64,000 bases of DNA from contig NC_086097.1 in assembly GCF_963921235.1 (NCBI RefSeq), forward strand, positions 214,584,001-214,648,000, read 5' to 3'. Within the stretch, counting starts at the first letter, position 1; every line of letters starts with the position of its first letter. The translations under genes were made by a program, and so were the position numbers. The notes under the pieces are model-generated. The model ran no database searches. It was not told the DNA's origin and was given only the letters and a program-made list of their open reading frames with translations. Positions 51,590 through 64,000 of the stretch are shown here, piece by piece. Source of the stretch: Mobula hypostoma (Eukaryota).

Positions 51590-54096
51590 TAGAAGCTTGT
51601 TTCCAGGTACAATGGAAACACAGAGGCCTTAGACTCCCACTCCTGACTATCCAGCTGGCAAATATACAATCTCTGGAAAATAAAATTGAAGACCTCAGAG
51701 CAAGATTGCAATACCAGAGAGACATCAGGGTCTGCTGTGTATTTTGCTTCACAGAAATATGGCTCACCTCCCATTTTGGATGCAGCGCTGCACTACAATG
51801 GCATCACCATCCACCAGAAAGGCAGGACACCTAAGTCTTTTAAAGGTAGAGAAAGTAGAGTATGCTTTATGATGAATTCATTGTGTGCACAGACATGGCG
51901 GTTCTGTTTCAGTGCTGCTCACTTGACCTCAAACATCTAGTAGTCATCCATTTTATCTGCCGAGGGAGTTTTCTGCCATTATCCTGGTTGCCGTGTACTG
52001 GAGGAGCTGAGCACCGTGATCAGCCGTCACGAAACACCACATCCTTGCTGGGGATTTCAACCAGACCAGCTTGAAGAAGTCTCTGACCACTTACCACTGA
52101 CGTATCACCTCTGGAACCAGAGGAGCCAACACACTTGACCACTGTTATACCACCAAGAAGAATGATAATCATGCCATATCACGTCCACACTTTGGAAAGT
52201 CTGATTAACTGGCTATAATTCTACTCCTGGCATACAGACAGACTAAAGACCGCAGCACCAGCAGTGTGGACCAAGAGGGTATGGTCAAGGTAAGGTGGAC
52301 TTACAGAACTACTCTGAGTCAGTGGACTGAATAATATTCAGGATCCATCTTTGAATCTGAATGAATACTCCACAGTTGTCACCATCTACATCAAGACCTG
52401 TGTGGATGAGTGTGTCCCTTCAAGACCATGCCAGACATATCCAAACCAAAAGCTATTGAAGAACCAGGTGCTTTGTAGCTCCTGAGTGCTAGATCTATGG
52501 AACTTAAGACCAGTGATCCAGAACTATGCAAGAAGTCCAGGTATGACCTTATGAAGGCTATTTTAAGAGTGAAGGAAATGCTTTGATTCAAGTTAGAGAC
52601 AGAATTGGATGCACGTCAGCTGTGGCAAGGTTTGTAGGCTATTACTTTCTACAAAACAAAATTTAACATCATGAATGGCCATGATCTTCACTCTCATCTG
52701 AGCTCAACACCTTTTATATGTGTTTTGAAAGAGAAAATAAAATTACACCTGTGTAAATCCAATCAGCATCTGGTGACCCTGTGATCTTTGTCTCAGAGGA
52801 CAACTTCAGAACATTTTTCAAGATGGTGAACCCTCACATGGCATTAGGCCCTGATGATGTACCTGGTGGGGCACTGGAAAGCTGTGCCAACCAACTGGTG
52901 GGAGTGCTTAAGGACATCTTCAATCTCCTATTGTTGCAGTCAGAGGTTCCCACCTATTTCAAAAGGGTGACGCATCATACCAGTACCCAAGAAGAGCAGG
53001 GTGAACTGCCTCAACAATTATCATCCAGTTGCACTCACATCTACTGTGATGAACTGCTTTAAAAGGTTTGTCATGGCCAGAATCGACTCCAGCCTAAGCA
53101 AGGAACTGGAACCCCTGCAATTTGTCTTTTGCTAGCAGTAGTTCTACAGTGAATGCAATCTCACTGGCTCTCCAGTCGGCCTCTGATCACATATACGATA
53201 TCAATACTGACATCAGTCTGCTGTTCATTGATTACAGCTCAATGTTCAACACAGTTATACCCTCTATTCTAATCAACAAGCTCTGAAACCTGGGCCTTTG
53301 CGTTTTCCTCTGCAGCCATTTATACAGATTGAAAATAGTATCACCCCCTCGCTTTCAATCAACACTGACACATCAAGGATGCATACTTAGCCCACTGCTG
53401 TACTCTCTTTATACCCACAACTGTGTGGCTAGGAACATCTCAAACATTTTCTGTAAATTTGTAGATGACACAACTATCTTTGGCAGAATTTCAGATGGTG
53501 ATGAGGAGGTGTACAGGAGTGAGATAGATCATCTGGTTGAATTGTGTTGCAACAGCAACCTTGTATTCAACATCATTAGGACCGAGGAATTGATTGATGA
53601 CTTGAAGAGGAAAGCTCCATACACGTCTTTATCGAGGGATCAGCAGTGGAAAGTGTGAAGATCTATCCTGGGCCCAGTATGTTGGTGCAATTACAAAGAA
53701 GGCTCAATAGTGATTATATTTAATTGGGAATTTGAAGAGAATTAGTATGTCACCAAAGACGCTCTCAAATTTCTACAGATGTACCGTGGAGAGCATTCTA
53801 ACTGGTTGTATCACCATCTGGTATGGAGGGGTCACTGCACAGTACTGTATTAGAAAAAGCTGCAGAAGGTTGTAAATTCAGCCAGCTCTATCGTGGGCAC
53901 TAGTCTCTCCAGCGTCATTTGAAGAAGCAGACCTTCAAAAAGTGATTCCTCAAAAAGGGACATCCATCTTTAAGGACCTCCATCACCCAGGACATGCTGT
54001 CTTCTCATTGCTACTATCAAGGAGGAGGTACAGGAGCATGAGGATACATACTCAACATTTAGGAACAGCTTCTTCCCTTCCACTATTAAATTTCTG
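51590..54096 (+). mobile_element. Rex1/Babar LINE, long degraded copy (APE plus RT)
   Basis: LANIQSLENKI.DLRARL.YQRDIR.CCVFCFTE.WL, GPDDVPG, QGCILSPLLYSLYTH, KFVDDTT and a 3' HPGHA.FSLL.S.RRYRS segment. Confidence 0.85.
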
Positions 54097-54775
54097 ATAC
54101 ATACCCCTACCATCTATGTACCTATCCAAACCATTTAAATGTTGAAATCGAGCTCGCAAGCACCACTTGTGCTGGAAGCTCATTCCACACTCTCACGACC
54201 CTCTGAGTGAAAAAGTTTCCCCTCGTGTTCTCTTTAAATTTTTCTCCTTTCACCCTTAACCCAAGTCCTCTGGTTGTAGTCCCAGCCAATCTCAGTGGAA
54301 AAGCCTGCTTGCATTTGTCTTATCTATACTCTTCATTATTTTGTATACCTCTATCAAATCTCTTCGCAATCTTCTACATCCAAAGGAATAAAGTCTTAAC
54401 CTATTCAATCATTCCTTTGTTACAACATCCTTGTTAATTATCTCTGTACTCTTTCAATCTTGCTTACATCTTTCCTGTAGGTAGGTGAGCAATACTGCAC
54501 GGAAAACTCCAAACTAGGCTTCACCAATGTCCTATACAACTTCAACATATCATCCCATCTCCTGTACTCAGTACATTGATTTATGAATGCCAATGTTCCA
54601 AAAAGCTTTCTTTCCAATCCTATCTACCTGTGATGCCACTTTAAGTGAATTATGGACCTGTGTTCCCAGATACCATTGTTCTACCACATCCCTCAGTGCC
54701 CTACCCTTCACTGTGTAAGAGCTACCCTGGTTGGTCCTACTGAAGTGCAACACATTGATATGCATTTGAAAATGC

Positions 54776-54954
54776 AAACAACAGGAACTCTGCAGATGCT
54801 GGAAATTCAAGCAACACACATCAAAGTTGCTGGTGAACACAGCAGGCCAGGCAGCATCTCTAGGAAGAGGTACAGTCGACGTTTCAGGCCGAGAGCCTTC
54901 GTCAGGACTAACTGAAGGAAGAGTTAGTAAGAGATTTGAAAGTGGGAGGGAGGG
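54776..54954 (-). mobile_element. Single-arm young Penelope terminal fragment inserted in CR1
   Basis: Near-identical to the arms at 23509-23667 and 61642-61820. Confidence 0.82.
54873..54910 (-). ncRNA. Minimal type I hammerhead ribozyme motif (AGGC/GCCT stem II variant)
   Basis: Reverse complement reads TAGTC CTGACGA AGGC-TCTCG-GCCT GAAA CGTC GACTG. Confidence 0.75.
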
Positions 54955-57900
54955 TGCATATGTCTGTGTTAAATTCCATTTGCCATTTTTCAGCTCATAT
55001 TTCCGCCCATATTTCCAGCTGATGCTGAAAACCATGATAGCCTTCCTTGCTGTCCACCTGAGCCCTAAGCTTGGTGTCATCCGAAAATTTGCTGATCCGG
55101 TTAACCACATTATCATCTAGATCATTGATATTGATGACAAACAGCAATGGACGCAGCACTGATCCCTGCAGCACACCAGTAGTTGCGGGCATCTACTGCC
55201 ACTCTGTGGCTTCTCCATAAAGCCAGTGTTTAATCCAGTTTATTATCTCATCTTGAATGCGAAGCAACTGAACCTTCTTGACCAACCTCCCATGTGGGAC
55301 CTTGTCAAATGTCTTGCTAAAGTCAGTGTAGACAATATCCACTACCTCACCTTCATCCACTTTCCTAGTAACTTCCTCAAAAAACTATGATTGGTTAGAC
55401 ATGACCTAACATGCATGAAGCCAGGCTGACTATCCTTAATCAATCCATGTGTGTCCAAATACTTGTATATCTAGACCCTTCGAATACCTTCCAATAACTT
55501 TCCCACAACTGATCTCTGATTCGCCTGCCTATAACTTCATAGTTATTGTTTAGAGCCATTCTTAAACAGTGGAACAGCACTGGCTATCTTCCAATCATCT
55601 GTTTCCTCTCTGGTCACTGAGGATGATATACTGTAAATATCTCTGCTATGGCCCCTGCAGTTTCTGCACTTGCCTCCCATAGGATCCGAGTCATCACCAT
55701 GTCTGGCCCTGGGGATTTATCCACCCTAATTTTGCCTCAGGATAACAAACAACTTCTCTGTAATCCATACAGGGCTCATGACTTTGCTGCTGATTTGCCT
55801 CACTTCTATAGACTCTGTGTCCAACTCCTGTATAAATACAGATGCAAAAAATCCATTTAACATCTCCCCGATCTCTTTTGGCTCCACACATTCATTACCA
55901 TGCTGATCCTTCAGGGGACCAATTTTGTCCCTTGCAATCCTTTTGCTCTTAACATATTTGTGGAATCCCTTAGGATTCTCCTTCACCCTGAGTAAGTTCA
56001 TGCCGCCTTTTAGCCCTCCTGATTTCTTTCCTGTGTGTTTGCTTGCATATCTTATATTCCACAAGTACCCCATTTATTCCTACTTGCCTACACTTGCTAT
56101 GCACCTCGATTTTTTTTTCTGTTAATCACAGCCGCGATATCTCTTGAAAACCAAGGTTCCCTACACTTGTTATCTTTTCCTTTTATTCTGTCAGGCACAT
56201 TTAAGCTTTGTACTCTCAAAATTTCACTTTTGAAGGCCTCCCATTTTACAAGTACACCTTTGCCAGAAAACAGCCTGTCTCAACCCACACTTGCCAGATA
56301 ATTTCTGATACCATTAGAATTGTCCTTTCTCCAATTTAGAATCTCAACCCGTGGGCCAGACCTTTTTTTTTGCATATTTACTTTAAAACTAATGGCATTG
56401 TGGTCACTAGATGGAAAGCGTTCCCCTGTACAAACATTTGTCATCTGCCCTGTCCCATTCCCTAATACCAGTATTGTACATTTCTCATAGGGACTTCTAC
56501 GTACTAATTAAGGAAACTTTCCTGAACACATTTGATGAACTCTATCCCATCTAGTCCTCTGACAGTATGTGAGTACCAGTCAATATGTGGAAATTTAAAA
56601 TCACCTGCTATAGCAACCTTATGTTTCTTACAACAGTCTGCAATCTCTCTACACGTGTGTTCCTCTCAATTCCTCAGTCTGTTGGGTGGTATGTGATATA
56701 GCTGCATTAATGTGGTCATAAGTTTCTTCTTTTTCAGTTCCACTCAGAGCACCTTGCTAGATGAGCTCTCCAGTCTGTCCTAATGAAGCACTGCCGTGAC
56801 GTTTTCCCTGACTAGTAATGCCACCCCTCATTTAATCGTTCCCACTCTGTCACATCTAAAACAACAGAACTCTATTACTGAGCTGCCAGTCCTGCCCCTC
56901 CTGCAACCAAGTCTCATTAAGACCTAAGATACACATTTCTGATTTTCTTTGCAAGACCATCCAGAATCACACTGTGGAAATCAGGTATTTGAAGATTAAT
57001 TTCCTGCTTTCAATCCCCCATTCTCATCTCCGCTGAACACAAAGGCCTTGCATTTCCGAGAAGCAATATTCCCAAATTCAGTGCCATCGCAGCATCAGTA
57101 AATTGGTTTTGTTAGTAAAGCAAGTAAAAGAGAGTGGAGACAGGCTTTAAATTCACGAGGACCAACACCAGAGTTCGAACCCACTGATCTTGATTGATGA
57201 AGCTGAATCCCACTGTGGTAATGCAGAGTTTAAATTCAGTAATTAAATAAATCTGGAATTAAAAACAAAAAAGCATAAAAGAATTGAACTATTGTAAAAA
57301 GTTCAATTTTTGAACATACGTGTGTGTTTCACTAATCCGTCAGGGAAGAAAATCTGCTGTCTTTGCTTAGTCACACCTCTGGGACTCCAGATCCACAAAT
57401 GTCATTGACTCTGCCTCCTTTGTTCAGGGTAAATAAAAATGGAAAATGTTGCTGGCGATACCTGCAACCTGTGAACCTGAAGAAAGTATAATTGAAGGAA
57501 AACAACACTCAACTAACAGCAGTGGCTGATACAACAATGAATCAAAAGTCGCCTTTTGGCTCATGTGGCTCAGAATCAGATTCATATTGCTGTGAAAATT
57601 GTTGTGCAGCAGTACAGTGAAATACGTTAAAAAACTATTAGTTACAATCAGAAATATATATGAAAATTGTGCAAAAAGGGAGCAGAAGTGTGAGGTAATG
57701 TTTATGCTTCATGGATCTAATAGAGGGGAGAATCTGTTCCTAAAATACTGAGTGTGTGTCCTCAGGATCCTGTACCACCACCTCTGATGGTAGTAACGAG
57801 AAGAGGGCATGTCCTTGATGATGAGTGTCTTTAATATTGGATGAAACATAGAAACATAGAAAATAGGTGCAGGAGTAGGCCATTCAGTCCTTCGAGCCTG

Positions 57901-58274
57901 CCCCACCATTCAGTATGATCATGGCTGATCATCCAACTCAGAACCCTGTACCTGCCTTCTCTCCATACCCCCTGATCCCTTTAGCCACAAGGGCCATATC
58001 TAACTCAATGCTGCTGCCTTGAGCTGTCACCTTTTGAAGATGTCCTTGATGATATGGAGGCTAGTATCCATGATGGAGCTGACTGAATCTTCAACCCTCT
58101 GCGACTTTTATTGACTGGAGCCTCTGTATCAGGTGGTGATTTGACCAATTAGAATGCCCTCTGCCGTACATCTGCAGAGATTTGTTAGTCTTTGGTGACA
58201 AACCAAATCTCAAACTCCTAGTGAAGTATAATCACTGGCACCCCCTCTTCAGGATTGCATCAATATGTTGGCCA

Positions 58275-58830
58275 TACAGTGGCCACTTTATTCGGCACTC
58301 TTGCATATCTGCTCATTATTTCAAATATCTAATCTGCTAATCACGTGGCAGCAACTTAATGCATAGAAGCATGTAGACATTGTCAAAAGATTCAGTTGTT
58401 GTTCAGACCAAACATCAGCATGGAGAGAAAATGTGATTTATGTGACTGACTGTGGAATGATTGTTGGTGCCAGATGGGGTGGTTTGAGTATCTCAGAAAC
58501 TGGGATTTTCATGTACAGCAGTCTCTAGAGTTTACAGAGAATGGTGTGATAAACAAAAATCATTCAGTGAGCAGCAGTTCTGTTGGTGAAAGCACCTTGT
58601 TGATGAGAGAGATCAGAGGAGAATGGCCAGTCTGATTCAAGCTGACAGGAAGGCAACGGTAACGCAAGAAACCAGGCATTTTGAAAGTGGTGTGCAAAGG
58701 AGCATTACTGAATGCACGAGATGCAGAACCTTGAAGTGGATGGGCTACAGCAACAGAAGGCCATGAACATGCACTCAGTGACCAATATATTAGGAACAGG
58801 AGGGACCTAATAAAAGTGGCCATTGAGTGT
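58275..58830 (+). mobile_element. Tc1-derived non-autonomous element (MITE-like)
   Basis: TIRs cagtggccactttatt / aataaaagtggccattg. Internal remnant ME RKCDL...GMIVGARWGGLSISET. Confidence 0.75.
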
Positions 58831-61213
58831 CTTATGATCTCAAGTTTTTCACTGTGCCTCACTACATGTAGTAATAATAATAAACCAAATTACCAATTCA
58901 ATTTCCCAATGTCCCCTGTATGTATACAACTCTGGGTTCCCAGTTTTGAGTGCAGAGGTGTTCCAATGTGTGGTTAATGATGGAAAACACAAAGAGCTTT
59001 AACAAACATGGTTTACTTGCTTGAGGTTTTTCTCAGACTACATTCACGATGCCAAGTGAGTATTCAGTGCAATGAGAGCCAAGTGAACTGCTTAATAATA
59101 CAATGAACAGGACAACTGACTCCTGAGTTATCCCTATGGGTGCCCTTATCAGGTTTACTGGTTGAAGAGTTGAGAGCAGCTGTGACCTTAACTGCCTCGA
59201 GCAGTACACAACATTTGGTTGTCTGTCACTGGAGGTTTGTGGACCAGATGGTAAGGAGAGTTAGCAGCCTCCCTTGTGATCATGAGCACCATCATTATGT
59301 CCTGTCTCTCTGCTCCCTGGCAGTCAATCTGCTTTGGGTAGCTTGTTCAGTGGGTCATTCAGCACCCACTTCCACGTCAACTCTCTTCATCCCCTCCTGT
59401 TTATTTTTTGGTGAATACTAACGTACCAATACAACTGTGCCATGGAACAAACACTTTCAGCTGTTATGGCCAATCCTCCCAGCAAGCAGCAGGTGACACC
59501 GGGGTGCCAGAAGGAAATTTTCTCAAGAAGTTTCTCAAAGTGAACAATTAAGTGAAGTAGAAGAAAGTCATACTCACCAAAAATTCAACTAAGGTACAAG
59601 ATTGATCCTTCTAGCTTTTCCAACAAAGATCACTTCCATAAATCTGGTTAATGCTTTTTCAAATCACTGACTAATACTGTGAAAGGGGATTAGTTTATAG
59701 TAATTCAAAGATAACTGGTATAATGCACACTGACTGATTTTAAAGTTAGCAGTTGTTCTTTGCACAATATGTAAATGTGTCTATTGATGAGGCTGTCAAG
59801 GCTACAAATAAGATAATATCACCCCCTTCTTCTGGTGAAATGCACTTGGATTTTCTATTATGGCCACAGTACACAATACCTATATCTTGTACCAATGAGA
59901 CATTCTTTGGCGATATTGAAAGGGGAATCCTCAACTTCCCTAGCTGCACTTGATAAATCCTGTGCACCTAGATGTGAACTAAGTATTATCTCTCGAGGAA
60001 GGTGAATCCAAAAGCAGACAGCAGGGGCAACAGAAACCTGTATCAGAAATATGAGATTGTGCAGGGGCAGAAGTGAGTATATTTGCTATTAAGGATAATA
60101 TTCAAAGTTCAAGGTAAATTTATCATCAAAATACATATATGTCACCATATACAAGCCTGAGATTCATTTTCTTGTGTGCATTCACAGTAAAAGCGAAGAA
60201 ATATAATAGAATCAGTGATTAATCAGGGCATGAAAGGATATGGAGAAAAGGCAGGAGATTGGGTCTAAGAGAGAAAATGGATCAGCCATGATGAAATGCG
60301 GAGCAGACTCGATGGGCCAAATGGCCTAATTCTGCACCTGTCTCTTATGGGCTAAAGACTGCATCCAGCAAGACAGACAAACACCATAGTGTAAAATACA
60401 ATAAATTGTGCAAATACAAAAGGTGAAGAGTCCTTAAAAGTGAGTCCATAGATGGTGGGATTGGCTCAGTAATGGGGTGAGTGAAGTTATCCCCCTCTGG
60501 TTCAAGAGCCTGATGTTTGAGGAGTAATAACTGTTCCTGAACCTGGTGGTTTGGCTTCTGAGGCTCCTGTACTTTGTTCTTAATGGCACAGTGATCATTT
60601 CCTTGTTCATTGGCACATTGCAGTTGCAATGTGTACCATCTCAAAAATGCACAGTTGCGAACACTCCCAAATTTAAATAGATTGTCCAGCTTCATACATG
60701 TTGAATGTTGACATGGACAAGTTAACTGGAGATATGAGGAATTTATGGAATTTCAAGGGTTTATCACTCAGTACGATATTGCTTTCCTAAGTACTTAAGA
60801 GCTGAAGAAGGTTAAATCTCAAGGAGAGAATATTTAATCAGATCATGTTGAACACTCCAAAATCTGCTTTACTAGTAATTGCTGAGGATCTGCTGTGCAA
60901 CAGCTATAAAAAGAGACAATCTAAAATTTCTGCTTTCAAGCATGCTTTTCTCTCCACTCTCTGCCTATGAGCAATGGCAATAATGTTTTGCCAGCATCTC
61001 AAAAAATGGAACTGCTTTAAGCATATTTTTGACAAAGCATGCATTTCTATTTAAGGTTTATTTTTAGTATCTTCGTATTACTGGCTTTAATTCCTTAAGG
61101 TTTGTTGGACAGTTGATGGGAGAGGGGCAAGAGAAACAAAATTCTACGTGCATTCACTTGGGTACTTTATTTATTAATGATTTAACTATTTTTCTTTCTC
61201 TTTTTGTGACTAG

Positions 61214-61820
<607 letters not shown>

Positions 61821-63097
61821 GCGTCATATCCAAAGTAACTGGAGTTCTTGGCTTGTAATGGTCTTGGAATGAATGCTACAATATGTTTATGTCTTGCTAC
61901 AGGAAGTTCTCCCTTTAGTTCAACAAGCATGTCATTTGCTTTCTCCTTACCTTCCATCCTTTCAATGGGTGCCCAGTTTAACTAACAAAAGTCTGCTGTA
62001 GCAAATCTTTTTCTTCCAATACCTTTATTCTCATGCTAGTTTTTATGTTGTTAGTCAATTTGAGTCTTTACAATAAAAAGTGTCTCTATATTCTGGGTTT
62101 TATTTATCTGAACAAAAAACAGTGGAATAAAATATGCCTCCGAATCCTTGAAGTTAGGTAAAGTACATCCTTTGGGCAAATTGTTTGTAGGATAATTAAC
62201 CATCTTTTATTAATTGCTGCAATTTCTCTTTTGACTGTATGAAGCATCTTGTACTCAATAGTTCAAGGTGAAATATTTTTAGAGATAATTAATCTTATTA
62301 TTTTTTGGACATCAAACTAAGTGCCTTTGTATGCAACTATGACAAATCTGATCAGAATACTTGCATATCTTGTCTGCTTTTGCCTGTAGAGAATAAGGAC
62401 AATTATTATCAGGTATGATTCAAAATAAATTATATTTTATTTGAAACTATTTCAGTGGATATGTTCCAGTTTCAGCTGACATCAAATTAAGTCAGGAAGA
62501 AAATGAATAAAAACCACACATGAATAGCTAACATTACTGAGTGAAAGAGACTAGTAGCACTCTGTAGTTGGGTCAAGTTGGCCTATGAAATCTGATCATC
62601 CTCAATGAACATTATAATTCGTCACATTCCTTGAGCTTCCCACTAATGACACAGTGGGAATGTCATTTATCAAGTCACCTATTGCTCTTCCTCTAAGCTC
62701 ACTTACATTTTTCAAACTATGATTTGGTGAACAGTGTCAGTTTAGACCCTGATCTCAATGTTTAAAAACTCCTACATTGTTATCAGATGAGTAGTGACCT
62801 ACTTCCAGTGGCTATGTATGCAAATTGCAGTTAGATACTGAATGTCATTCATAGTTTTCATATTTGGACCTGCCCAGTCCATTTTGATCACGTGGAAATA
62901 ATTAGAATAATCTGTGTAATTAATTTCTTCTGTGAAAGAAATTAATATTAGTGCAAAAATAGTATTGGAGAAATTAATGGTACTGAAAACAGATAAATCC
63001 CAAGCATAAGATGATACTTTCCACAAGGTTTGAGAAATGTAGCTGTGGAGATAGTGGATGTAGTAAATGTTGTCTTTCAAAAGTCCCTTTCGGATGA

Positions 63098-64000
63098 TGA
63101 GACCTAGGAGTAGAATTAGTCCATTTGGCACGTTGTCTGCTCTGCCATTTGGTTATGGCTGATTTTAATTTCCCCCTCTTGACCATTTTCTTGCCTTCAC
63201 CCCATAAGCTTTGACATCCTTAATAGTTAAGAAACTTTCAACTTCACCTTCGGTCAGCTTTACTGTCTCAACCTGCAAGTTAACCTTTAGGAACTCTGCA
63301 CCTGGACTCCCAGCTCTTTTCAAAACATAGAATATAGAAAAACTACAGCACAATATAGGCCCTTCGACCCACAATGTTGTGCCGACCGTGTAACCTACTC
63401 TAGAAACTGCCTGGAATTTCCTGACAACACTGCCCTCTATGTACCTATTTCAGAGTCCTATTGTATCTGCCTCCACCACTGTCGCTGGCAGTGTATTTCA
63501 CATGCCCACCACTCTCTGTGTGGAAGAAGTTTCCTCTGACATCACCCCTGTACTTATTTCTAAGCACCTTAAAACTATGCCCCTCATGTTAGCCATTTCA
63601 ATCCTGGGAAAAAGCCTCTGGCTATCCACACAATCAATGTCTGTTATCATCTTATACACTTCTATCAGGTCACCTCTCAGCCTCCATCACTCCAAAGAGA
63701 AAAGGCCAGGTTCACTCAACCTATTCTCAAAAGGCATGCTCGCCAATCCAGGCAATCCCACAGTGGATGAAGGTCATCACACCATATGTCTTCTGAACAA
63801 CACTGTCAACTTGTGCAGCAGCTTTGAGTGTCCTATGGACACGGACTTCAAGATCTCGCTGATCCTCCACATGGCCAAGAGCTTTACCATTAATATTATA
63901 TTCCATCTTCAAAATTGACCTTCTGAAGTGAACACTTCACACTTATCTGGCTTGAGCTCCATCTGCGACTTCTCAGCCCAGTTCTGCATCCTATCAATGG
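63098..64000 (-). mobile_element. CR1 3' fragments running off the window end
   Basis: EDQRDLEVRVHRTLK and CR1 tails (aacatagaatatag). Confidence 0.75.

Larger units (their letters stand above)
54100..56920 (-). mobile_element. CR1 LINE ORF2, long degraded copy
   Basis: GVLQGSVL.PLLFVININDLD, SKFSDDTK, KENPKGF.KYV and APE remnants. Confidence 0.85.

Overview
Vertebrate (eukaryotic) nuclear DNA. The repeat landscape looks like a cartilaginous fish, probably a ray or skate (inference only). The window lies inside a large NKAIN-family gene on the + strand, best match NKAIN3. Only two coding exons are visible: 49117-49254 and 61214-61294, both phase 0 with canonical AG/GT sites. The rest is intron densely filled with transposable elements: a near-complete I/Nimb-clade LINE (gag-like ORF1; APE-RT-RNase H-CCHC ORF2 with three frameshifts) plus a 5'-truncated sister copy with a perfect 14-bp TSD; many CR1, Rex1/Babar and RTE fragments; a Charlie/MER1-like hAT element with TIRs and an 8-bp TSD; Tc1-derived elements; a tRNA-headed SINE; and several short non-autonomous retroelements. 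The most interesting signal is a family of short Penelope-derived insertions. They carry minimal type I hammerhead ribozyme motifs (TAGTC-CTGACGA-stem II-GAAA-CGTC/GACTG), are often built as long inverted repeats, and are flanked by 12-14 bp TSDs. One sits 37 nt downstream of the donor of the 61214-61294 exon. Almost all short ORFs in the ORF track are TE remnants or chance ORFs. Boundaries of degraded TE fragments are approximate.
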